This document shows, in pieces, positions 14,990 through 23,029 of a DNA stretch of 64,000 nucleotides. Below the pieces are notes generated by a model. The model made no database searches. It saw only the letters and a program-made list of their open reading frames with translations, and was not told where the DNA came from. Each line of letters starts with the position of its first letter. Within the stretch, counting starts at the first letter, position 1. Source of the stretch: a virus (Duplodnaviria; Heunggongvirae; Uroviricota; Caudoviricetes); IMG/VR virus record IMGVR_UViG_3300037418_003161, positions 108,420 through 172,419 of that record; one strand, written 5' to 3'. The position numbers and the translations under genes are program-made.

Positions 14990-16906
14990 CTCTCCAACTC
15001 TGTCATGAAAAATATCATTAAGGACATTAGAATCAACCGATGGCCCATAACGGTCATCTATGAATAATTTTGGTTTTTCAATACTACCATCTCCAACGGC
15101 CTCGTTATACATACACTTAGGGTCATCATCACACCGTTCAGCATACTCTTCCAAATAATCAGCATCAAGATTGAAATTATTTAAATCAATTTCAATAACA
15201 GCGTGTTCATAGTCCCATTCTTTGAGAGTTCCAAGTTCTTCAATTGCTGATTTTATTGATTCAACTACGGTATCAGTATAATCAGATTGTAATGCATCTG
15301 CAACACAACTATTAATGATATTCGTTAATTCATCCAAATCATCCTCATTATCATCTATAATTTCTTCCAAATCATCATATTCTTCCAAAAGCTCATCTTT
15401 GGTTCTCCCCAAAGTTTTTTCTATATATGCCCAAACAGCAGCTATGTTATTTTCATTTAAGTAATCGATATAATGTTTCCAATCATTATTATCATAATAA
15501 TTGTCGTAAATACCACTATCAAATCCACCATTTTCAATATAATCAACACAGATATCATAATGTACTCTCTCGCCTTTATGATTTTTTCTTGTATAGTTGT
15601 AGTTTGAACAATCTATATAATCAGAATATTCACTTACATTAAGATTGAGCGTGAATTTTGTTTGTGGTGGTTGATAATTTGGAATAAGTCCCATTTCCCC
15701 GGCTATTTTTTTAGCGGCTCTATTGTTAAATAGTTCGGGTTTAATCTGATAAAGAGTTTTTATTTGTTCAGCAGTCATATCACTCCAATTATAATCCTTG
15801 GAACTTTCATATTCACTACCAAAACCGGAGAATGGTTCCATGTCGATTTCTTCAAATATTGGAGTTGTAAGAGAGGTTAAGATTAAATCATAGATATAGG
15901 GGAAATATTCTGCTTTTGGTTTGCTGTTTGATTTTCCTTTTGATTGGTACATTATGCCGTCTCTTCTGTCCCAAGCCACCGTTACATGAGAATCTGTTAA
16001 TGTGTGGTTTCCATGAGGCTTAATTGACCTCAACGAAAAAAGCCTGTTTGAATATCCGGTTCTCCCACAATGTCCCATACGTTCACTTTCCCGGCTACAA
16101 TAATTGTTGTCAATGAAGGCCCAATAAAATTCTACACCGTTTTCGGTTTTGGGATACCGTTTGATGACCGTATCTGTTTCTTTATAATCAAAGGAAGCTC
16201 CGGCAAACTGTTTAAGATATTCATGAAATTGTTCTGCTTTATCGATTGCGGTTTCATAGGTTAATTGACTCAGGTCTTGCCTTCCTGACAATGGGTGTTG
16301 CAACCAATCCATAATCATCCTGATATTATTTCGTATATGACTACTCAAACCTTGTTTATTCCAAGCTTTAATAACTTCTTCTTTTTTATAGTTAAATTTA
16401 TTAATGTGAAATTGTATAAACGCATTAACAAACCATATGGCACGTTTACCCAACATTTGAATTAAATCATCTGCAAGAGTGGATGTAAGACCAATTTTTT
16501 CGGTTAAGACTTTAAATATTTTGCTGTTTTGATTATTTATGTGGTCTCTATTACTGGCATATTCTTGTTCCCGGAGCAGTCGTTTGATAAGTGAAGGGAT
16601 ATTAAATTCACGCAAATATCTTTGTTTTCTTCTTTCAAATTTCTCCTCATCCGTATAGGCCCACACAGAAACCTTCTCACTAAAATAGGTGTTCAAATAT
16701 TCATTTAAATCTAATTCAATGTGGTTCAACAAAATATTTTCATAGTTGTCATTTGGTTTTTGAATAAATTCAATCAAACAAATCAAAACACTCTCATAAT
16801 CTTCACTTTCAAGTGGGTGGACTTGTTCAATTTTGGTAATTTTGAACAGATATTTTTTACTCCGAAAAGTTTTAGACAGTAAATAATCAACAATCTTTTT
16901 ATTCAT
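14981..16906 (-). CDS. PcfJ-like domain protein with N-terminal YFG-like module and acidic C-terminus
   Basis: ESERMGHCG..LFSLR..SHVTVA..QSKGKSNSKP. Confidence 0.6.
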   Translation of the reverse strand: MNKKIVDYLLSKTFRSKKYLFKITKIEQVHPLESEDYESVLICLIEFIQKPNDNYENILLNHIELDLNEYLNTYFSEKVSVWAYTDEEKFERRKQRYLREFNIPSLIKRLLREQEYASNRDHINNQNSKIFKVLTEKIGLTSTLADDLIQMLGKRAIWFVNAFIQFHINKFNYKKEEVIKAWNKQGLSSHIRNNIRMIMDWLQHPLSGRQDLSQLTYETAIDKAEQFHEYLKQFAGASFDYKETDTVIKRYPKTENGVEFYWAFIDNNYCSRESERMGHCGRTGYSNRLFSLRSIKPHGNHTLTDSHVTVAWDRRDGIMYQSKGKSNSKPKAEYFPYIYDLILTSLTTPIFEEIDMEPFSGFGSEYESSKDYNWSDMTAEQIKTLYQIKPELFNNRAAKKIAGEMGLIPNYQPPQTKFTLNLNVSEYSDYIDCSNYNYTRKNHKGERVHYDICVDYIENGGFDSGIYDNYYDNNDWKHYIDYLNENNIAAVWAYIEKTLGRTKDELLEEYDDLEEIIDDNEDDLDELTNIINSCVADALQSDYTDTVVESIKSAIEELGTLKEWDYEHAVIEIDLNNFNLDADYLEEYAERCDDDPKCMYNEAVGDGSIEKPKLFIDDRYGPSVDSNVLNDIFHDRVGELS

Positions 16907-16961
16907 AAAAAAAAATGGTGGGATGACCCACCATATAAATATCCTTACAACCCCGGAAAAT

Positions 16962-17312
16962 TTAGGTTGTAGTTTCTTCCGTCACAGGAGTTTCCACCTT
17001 GTCGGTCATGCCAAGTGTTGTTGCCAAGACCACGGAAACAATTGAGACAATTGCATCGATGGTATCAGGTGTAATTACAAACTTTGCAGAAAGATATCCA
17101 CTTAATGCAGTCAAAATTTGTCTTGCTGCACCACTCACCATGCTAACTGTAGCTGTTTTGTCGATGATTGAAAATACAACCCCGGCAACGCTCATTGCAA
17201 GACCTATCAACTCAGTAAATAACCCCGGATTCCCAATGCCTATGGCAATAAGGATACCCCCAATAGCGGATAAGCTGTGTCGAATCAACGATAGTTTTTG
17301 TTCTTTCGTCAT
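16962..17312 (-). CDS. putative holin-like membrane protein, internally duplicated
   Basis: LIRHSLSAIGGILIAIG..ELIGLAMSVAGVVFSI repeated as AARQILTALSGYLSAKF..AIVSIVSVV. Confidence 0.55.
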   Translation of the reverse strand: MTKEQKLSLIRHSLSAIGGILIAIGIGNPGLFTELIGLAMSVAGVVFSIIDKTATVSMVSGAARQILTALSGYLSAKFVITPDTIDAIVSIVSVVLATTLGMTDKVETPVTEETTT

Positions 17313-17346
17313 AATAAATATTTTTATATAAATATTTTGATAGAAT

Positions 17347-17373
17347 AAAAAACCCCCAACATTTGGGGGTTTT
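17347..17373. terminator. terminator after sheath gene
   Basis: AAAAACCCCCAACATTTGGGGGTTTT. Confidence 0.8.
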
Positions 17374-17392
17374 ATTGTTATTGTGTTGAATA

Positions 17393-19810
17393 TTATACGT
17401 TTTCGAACGATGCTCCGGTAGGCGTCACAACAAATTCTACTTCAATATATTCAAGTGATTTTGTTGGTTTGATGAAAATCCTACCCTTCAAAGTGTTCTT
17501 TTCAATGTCTTCAGGCGCATAGGACACCACAACACGGAAGTCGGTTAAACCTCTTTCATTTTGAATGGATGCCAAAATCGGGTTTACCAATCTTTCAAAC
17601 TCGTTTCTTACCACATCATCGTTTTGTTCAAACAATAAACGCAGGGAAACAGCAGCGATTAATTTACGTGCCTGAATCAGCAAACGTCTTACGTTCAGCC
17701 TATCCAATGGAGATTCCTTAACCTGAAGCGTTTTGTTACCCCAAATCAATGTACCCTCGTTGGCGAAAGTGGCGATTGGGTTGATACGGCTCTTGTATAG
17801 GTCGTCTCTTTGGTCAAGTGTCAACTTCTCTTTTGCTTTGATAGAATTAACCTTACCTCTTGTCACACCCGCAGGAGCGAACCAAGGATGGGCAACGTTA
17901 TCGGTATAAGCAATGTTCTTTAACACCTCACCAGTTGGAGGAATGTAAAGCTGTGTACCATTGTCTGTATCTCGTACCTGAATCCATGGGTGGTAAGTAG
18001 CGGTATAGCTAGAGTCAATACCCACTTCATCCAAATAATCGATTACATTTTCCATCGTATCATTTGGAGCGTTCACAATATACAAACAGTCGGCCCTGTC
18101 AATTTCCACAATATCGATGGCTTCTTGAACCAGTGAAGAGTGGTCGTAGAAGTTGATACCCGGAGTGGAAAGCACATTGATGTTGACAGCTTCAGGGTTG
18201 TTGTAAACAGTGATACCCTGCAAGTATGCGTAGTAATCGGAGTTACCGTTGGTTGGGTTAAACACACCACCGTTGTCGGTGTTACCACCAGTATAGGTAG
18301 ATTTACCCACGATGTAGGAATTGGTGTTGGTTCTTTCAGAACGGTAAATATCCCATCCATCGAAACCACCAAACATGGCAACTGTAAACTTAGCAGCATT
18401 TAGGTTTGCGTAATCACCCTCAGATGTTTCAAAGTTGATGGTGTTAGTATCAAACACAATTGCACCTGTAGTTGAATCGGTAATAGCAGCCGCTTGGCTT
18501 GACAGGTGATAACCTTTTGTTACACCTGATAGTACCTCACCTTTGTAGTCTAACAAAGAGTCATCAGCAGCTTTGGCAGAAGAGAAACCAAGATAGGTTT
18601 TTCTAATTTTATCACCGTTGGAAATTACAGAAGTTGGGTTAACGGCAATGATGTCACCCGCTTTGTCGTATTTTTTCTTATAAACAACCGCACCTACGGT
18701 TTTACCACTTACAGATTTGGCAGGATAACCTTTGAAACCCGCAGGAACAGCATCAGTGGGGTGGTCTTGCTGAAGTTCAATCATGATGAAACGAGACTTC
18801 AGTTCGTAGTCACCATCAGAAGAACCAATCTTCTTACCGATGTAACCGGGAAGGGTTGGGTTCATGGAACACCTTGCATATTTTTCCAGTACAATTGGCG
18901 AATCGTCGGTGTCGTTGAAGTCACGAACAATTACATCAAACTCCAAATTATCCAAGGAAATGTTAGCGATAGAGACCTTCACTTCTTTGTTTGAAGAGTT
19001 ACCGTCCGATACAGTGATGAAGCGGAACAGGTCTGCCACCTTACCACCACGTACCTCAGAAACAATCCATGGAGAACGTGCAGTTGACCATTCGGCTACA
19101 TAATTAGTGCCTTCGTCAGCAGAACCAAGGCTTACGTTTAAACCTGTAACATTACCCTGCTTCCAAGCTTCAGCCAGCCAGTTGCTATATTCTTCAGAAA
19201 CAAAAACCGGGAATTCGGAACTGTCTTTATCGAAAATATCACTACCCAAAACTTTTGTAATGAACGTTTTGGAAGTTTTATCCAAACTAATTGTAAATGA
19301 CTTCCCCCCTGCGGTTAATGTGAAATCAGCCAAAGGATTAGTCGAAACTGCGGTAGTGTTAGAAAGTGTAACACCGCTTGCAGCACTTACAGAGTAGTTC
19401 AGGGTATTACCTGAATAAGAACCTCTTGAGCGAATCATAGCTACGGCCACATTATTATAAGTGGTAGCGGTAGATGAAGTGGTGATTACCCATGAGTTAT
19501 TCGGCTTGTAACCTGTCAAACCAAGTATTCTTGTTACGAATAATTGACTAGATTGTTGCAAATAGGATTTTGCAAAAAATGGTAATTCATATTTAGGATT
19601 ACCGTTAGCGAATTTTTCAGTAGATGTACCACCGAAGTAGGTTCTGTACTCATCGAAGCTACCGATAAGAACAGGCTCAAAAGCAGGGCCTTTCAATGTC
19701 TCACCAACTAAGCCAAGCGTGGTGATACCCACACTCTGTGCAACATATGTAAGGTCTTTTTCTGAGGTATATACACCGGGAGACACAATTACTCTGTTTG
19801 TTCTTGCCAT
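17393..19810 (-). CDS. contractile tail sheath protein (T4 gp18-like)
   Basis: SPGVYTSEKD..GLVGETLKGP; WFAPAGVTRG..RINPIATF..IWGNKTL..RLNVRRL..IKPTKSLEYI. Confidence 0.95.
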   Translation of the reverse strand: MARTNRVIVSPGVYTSEKDLTYVAQSVGITTLGLVGETLKGPAFEPVLIGSFDEYRTYFGGTSTEKFANGNPKYELPFFAKSYLQQSSQLFVTRILGLTGYKPNNSWVITTSSTATTYNNVAVAMIRSRGSYSGNTLNYSVSAASGVTLSNTTAVSTNPLADFTLTAGGKSFTISLDKTSKTFITKVLGSDIFDKDSSEFPVFVSEEYSNWLAEAWKQGNVTGLNVSLGSADEGTNYVAEWSTARSPWIVSEVRGGKVADLFRFITVSDGNSSNKEVKVSIANISLDNLEFDVIVRDFNDTDDSPIVLEKYARCSMNPTLPGYIGKKIGSSDGDYELKSRFIMIELQQDHPTDAVPAGFKGYPAKSVSGKTVGAVVYKKKYDKAGDIIAVNPTSVISNGDKIRKTYLGFSSAKAADDSLLDYKGEVLSGVTKGYHLSSQAAAITDSTTGAIVFDTNTINFETSEGDYANLNAAKFTVAMFGGFDGWDIYRSERTNTNSYIVGKSTYTGGNTDNGGVFNPTNGNSDYYAYLQGITVYNNPEAVNINVLSTPGINFYDHSSLVQEAIDIVEIDRADCLYIVNAPNDTMENVIDYLDEVGIDSSYTATYHPWIQVRDTDNGTQLYIPPTGEVLKNIAYTDNVAHPWFAPAGVTRGKVNSIKAKEKLTLDQRDDLYKSRINPIATFANEGTLIWGNKTLQVKESPLDRLNVRRLLIQARKLIAAVSLRLLFEQNDDVVRNEFERLVNPILASIQNERGLTDFRVVVSYAPEDIEKNTLKGRIFIKPTKSLEYIEVEFVVTPTGASFENV

Positions 19811-19936
19811 TTTTTAATGTGTTTTTTTTAGTTTTCTTTTATTCTTTTCAATAAATATTTTGAGTTCGTCTAAAAGCAAGAAAGTTTTCCAGAGTATTTA
19901 TATTTAGTGTGAAAAAATTCGCAACATGTTCTCACC

Positions 19937-20113
19937 ATGAAAACCGAGAAAAGAAGAGCAGAAACAAAAAATTTGAAAATATCACCCAAGCACCACCTAC
20001 TGCTAAAACGCTATTGCGATAGCAAGGGCTTAAAAATGTTTAAGTTCGTAGAGAAGCTTATAGAGGAAAAATGCAAAAAGGAAGTAGACCTCTACGGAGA
20101 TGATTACAAATAA
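19937..20113 (+). CDS. small ribbon-helix-helix-like DNA-binding protein (58 aa)
   Basis: Manual translation MKTEKRRAETKNLKISPKHHLLLKRYCDSKGLKMFKFVEKLIEEKCKKEVDLYGDDYK; below ORF track cutoff. Confidence 0.65.
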   Translation: MKTEKRRAETKNLKISPKHHLLLKRYCDSKGLKMFKFVEKLIEEKCKKEVDLYGDDYK

Positions 20114-21321
20114 TAAACATCCACGTTGTCTCCATCAGTAAGTGGTGTAGAAACGGTGAGTTCCTTGGTCTGCGCATTGAAAGAAAATTCTTCAAAAAAT
20201 ATCTGGCCATTGATTATTACATACAACACACCAGTGGCGTCTGGAATGATGATTGTGGCTGACCCCGAATAAATGAATTCCGTCTTTTTGAGTTCCACCA
20301 TTACATTTTCTGTATACAGCTTGACGGCGTGTGCTGAAATGTAAAGAATGGTAATATGTCTTCCGTTCGCCGGGGGAGTGGTAAAAATGATATTGGGGGT
20401 GGTTTCGTTGTGGAAGTAGTCTTGTCCCCTTGTTTGTATGTAACCATTAACCGATACCGCCAGAAGCATTCCGATTTTTTCTCCTGTACTGAACAGGGTT
20501 TTCGTACCATCTCCCACAAAGTCACGCTTGGTAACTTCCACATCGTTGAAAAAGAACTTGGTCTTTTTATTCTCCTCTTTCATGATGTCGGTTACAATTA
20601 CCGAACGATTGATTGCGGGTTTGATTTCAAATTCATTTTCATCAATTAAAAAGCCTTCCATCCTGATTTTATAAACCTGTTTGAAAAAACGCTTTTCTTC
20701 TATGCTGCCAATTTCCGATTCATCGGATACGTTGTCCAATACCAACGGGATGTAGTGCCCCTTGATTTTGGTATAGGCTTGTCGGGAAGCAAATTTTTGA
20801 AGTACCACCCGGTTGAAGCGGTTCAGTGTGCGTAGTTTGTCACAAAGGATGACCACCTCATATTCGATATCAATGGGAACGGGTTGTGGGATTTTATATA
20901 CGGTTGCCCCATACTGTTGCCCATCCCAAGTTGGTTGGGTGGTGTAGGTAAAGGTCTTCCTGTCCGGGATGGTGTATTGAAGGGATGGATGTGTGCCGGG
21001 TTGAGGGTCGGGTTGACGGATGACAATAATAAAAGGAAATTCAATGTTGTTGTCGGAATCCACGTTCTGCCACGTTTGGGAAAACTCTGCCCAACGTTGT
21101 AGGGTGAACAAAATTTTATTTACCGGGATAATCTTTCCTTCGGCTTCCGTTTTCAGTTGCTCCCGTACAAACTCCATCATGCCCTTATCCATATCTTCAT
21201 GCAGAATACTTTCAGGGAGATTGGTATCCTTGTTGGTGATTTCGTCCAACATTTCCTGTCTTCTCGCCTTCCCAATCTTCTTTTGATAAAGGTCGATTTC
21301 TGTTTTACTTTTCTTTGCCAT
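20104..21321 (-). CDS. tail completion / sheath-stabiliser-like virion protein with C-terminal beta-repeat modules
   Basis: Position upstream of sheath; PQPVPIDIEYEV; C-terminal GDG.KT.F..VSVNG.IQ..DY modules. Confidence 0.6.
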   Translation of the reverse strand: MAKKSKTEIDLYQKKIGKARRQEMLDEITNKDTNLPESILHEDMDKGMMEFVREQLKTEAEGKIIPVNKILFTLQRWAEFSQTWQNVDSDNNIEFPFIIVIRQPDPQPGTHPSLQYTIPDRKTFTYTTQPTWDGQQYGATVYKIPQPVPIDIEYEVVILCDKLRTLNRFNRVVLQKFASRQAYTKIKGHYIPLVLDNVSDESEIGSIEEKRFFKQVYKIRMEGFLIDENEFEIKPAINRSVIVTDIMKEENKKTKFFFNDVEVTKRDFVGDGTKTLFSTGEKIGMLLAVSVNGYIQTRGQDYFHNETTPNIIFTTPPANGRHITILYISAHAVKLYTENVMVELKKTEFIYSGSATIIIPDATGVLYVIINGQIFFEEFSFNAQTKELTVSTPLTDGDNVDVYYL

Positions 21322-21342
21322 CCATTATAAATAATACGATAA

Positions 21343-21588
21343 CTAACTTATATCATCAGAAATGTAAAAAACATAACCCACCCCATAATGGTCTTTAATG
21401 TCATGCATTATGGGGTGAATTCCAATAGGAATACCGCTTGTATTCCTAACTAACAAAATGATGTTATCACCATTCGCTTCGATATCGGAAATCCACCATC
21501 CACCTTCTCCCCCATACCCAACGTATTTATTTTTTAGGTGTTGAAGAACCCGTTTTTTAATTTCTTCTTTTATGATTCTTCTTATCAT
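21343..21588 (-). CDS. small YFG-family protein with capsid-targeting-like N-terminus
   Basis: MIRRIIKEEIK..LKNKYVG..ISDIE..IKDHYGVGYVF. Confidence 0.6.
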   Translation of the reverse strand: MIRRIIKEEIKKRVLQHLKNKYVGYGGEGGWWISDIEANGDNIILLVRNTSGIPIGIHPIMHDIKDHYGVGYVFYISDDIS

Positions 21589-21980
21589 TTTTTAAAAATT
21601 ACATAAATGCAGCTAAGACAAAGAGTAAGTCCAAAATTTTCAGACAAACTTCTGAAATATTCTTCCACTAATTGGAACATAGAAGATTTATGCATCGGGC
21701 GTGACATATTCAATGGAATATCACCGTCACCATGTAAATAATTTACAGTTCCGCTAACTTGACTTACACCAAGGACGAAGATGTTTTCCTGTTCTTTATT
21801 TTTTTGGAGTTCTACTGCATATAAAGTGAAAACAACATCCTTAAGAATCTCATCCTCACTCCAATACTGTTCTTTATATGGAATATGTATAGGTACACCA
21901 ATAAATTTTTTTTCTATGTAGCGTAGAAAGGTGTCGTAATCCTTGTTGTTTTCTGCAAACAAATCGGCTAATTTTATCAT
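21585..21980 (-). CDS. small YFG-family protein
   Basis: MIKLADLFAE..IEKKFIG..SENFGLTL. Confidence 0.6.
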   Translation of the reverse strand: MIKLADLFAENNKDYDTFLRYIEKKFIGVPIHIPYKEQYWSEDEILKDVVFTLYAVELQKNKEQENIFVLGVSQVSGTVNYLHGDGDIPLNMSRPMHKSSMFQLVEEYFRSLSENFGLTLCLSCIYVIFKK

Positions 21981-22496
21981 TTATAAGGCTTTACCAAATT
22001 CTGAATCCTGAACAGGTGTGCAGATTATGGTACGATAAAAAGCTTTGAAGCCTCCATATGTGTGTTCGTTGTCGGAAGTAACCTTACCATCGTTAACCAC
22101 CGTATAATATCTTATTTTTGATTCGCTTTCAATATAGCCTATGTAATCGCCGTACATGACATCCACCCCCAATTCTTCCAAATGGTGTTTATAAACCGAT
22201 ACGGTCATATTCCCCGGTTGTAGATAACGGAGCATTCCCCCCTTCATGTCCTTGTTTTTGGGTTCTTCAATCTCAACCAATCCATAGAATTCCACTGGTG
22301 GATGAAATTTAATTTCATCCTTTTGGGCTTCCCCATAGACATCATCGGTTTGGGAAGCGGCTCTGTCCACTCGGAATAAAACCAGTTTGAAACCCAAATC
22401 ACCGTGGAGGTATTCCTGCCCCATTTTCATTTCTAAGTCGTAGTCCTCATCGGAAAAAAACTTGTTTAATCTTGTAATTGGTATTTTGTTGCTCAT
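21981..22496 (-). CDS. head completion / neck protein (gp14-like)
   Basis: LFRVDR..TDDVYGEA..F.PPVE..YLQPGNMTVSVY..GDY; position in neck module. Confidence 0.65.
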   Translation of the reverse strand: MSNKIPITRLNKFFSDEDYDLEMKMGQEYLHGDLGFKLVLFRVDRAASQTDDVYGEAQKDEIKFHPPVEFYGLVEIEEPKNKDMKGGMLRYLQPGNMTVSVYKHHLEELGVDVMYGDYIGYIESESKIRYYTVVNDGKVTSDNEHTYGGFKAFYRTIICTPVQDSEFGKAL

Positions 22497-22984
22497 TGAA
22501 TTTGTACGGTATATATAATTTTGCGTTCTTGTTTAGGTTCTTCAACCTGTGACTGATTCCACGCATTTTTAGCCCAAACAGAACCCATATTACCCAATCT
22601 TTTATCATAACGTCCATGTATTTCAAAATCACTTAAAGGTTTTAATGAGTAGATATAAAATACATCTTCATCCATTCTCCAACCTCGCTTTTTCGAAAGA
22701 TAATTTTTCATTGTATAAAGTTTGGTTACATAGAGACTTCTATTTTCATAATTGCGTACACGCTTCATAATTCTGTCAAATAGGTCTAAAATTTTATCAT
22801 CATAAGTTTCAAACTCAATTCCCAATTCACTCATAGCCATTCGAAAATAAAGATGCATGAATGCACCGTGATGTTGGTTGGTTTTCGCAAACCAAACATA
22901 TTGTTTCCATAAAACCTTAATAGCCTTTTCTTCTTGGTTTGTAAAAACGTAGTCGTGAAGCATCTGTTCAATCAAAAGTTTCAT
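22493..22984 (-). CDS. hypothetical AT-rich protein
   Basis: MKLLIEQ start after ATATTTAT (alternative ATG 22990). Confidence 0.55.
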   Translation of the reverse strand: MKLLIEQMLHDYVFTNQEEKAIKVLWKQYVWFAKTNQHHGAFMHLYFRMAMSELGIEFETYDDKILDLFDRIMKRVRNYENRSLYVTKLYTMKNYLSKKRGWRMDEDVFYIYSLKPLSDFEIHGRYDKRLGNMGSVWAKNAWNQSQVEEPKQERKIIYTVQIQ

Positions 22985-23029
22985 ATCCATAAATATTGAC
23001 TTATCCCGCATATTTTTTTATGCTGTAAA

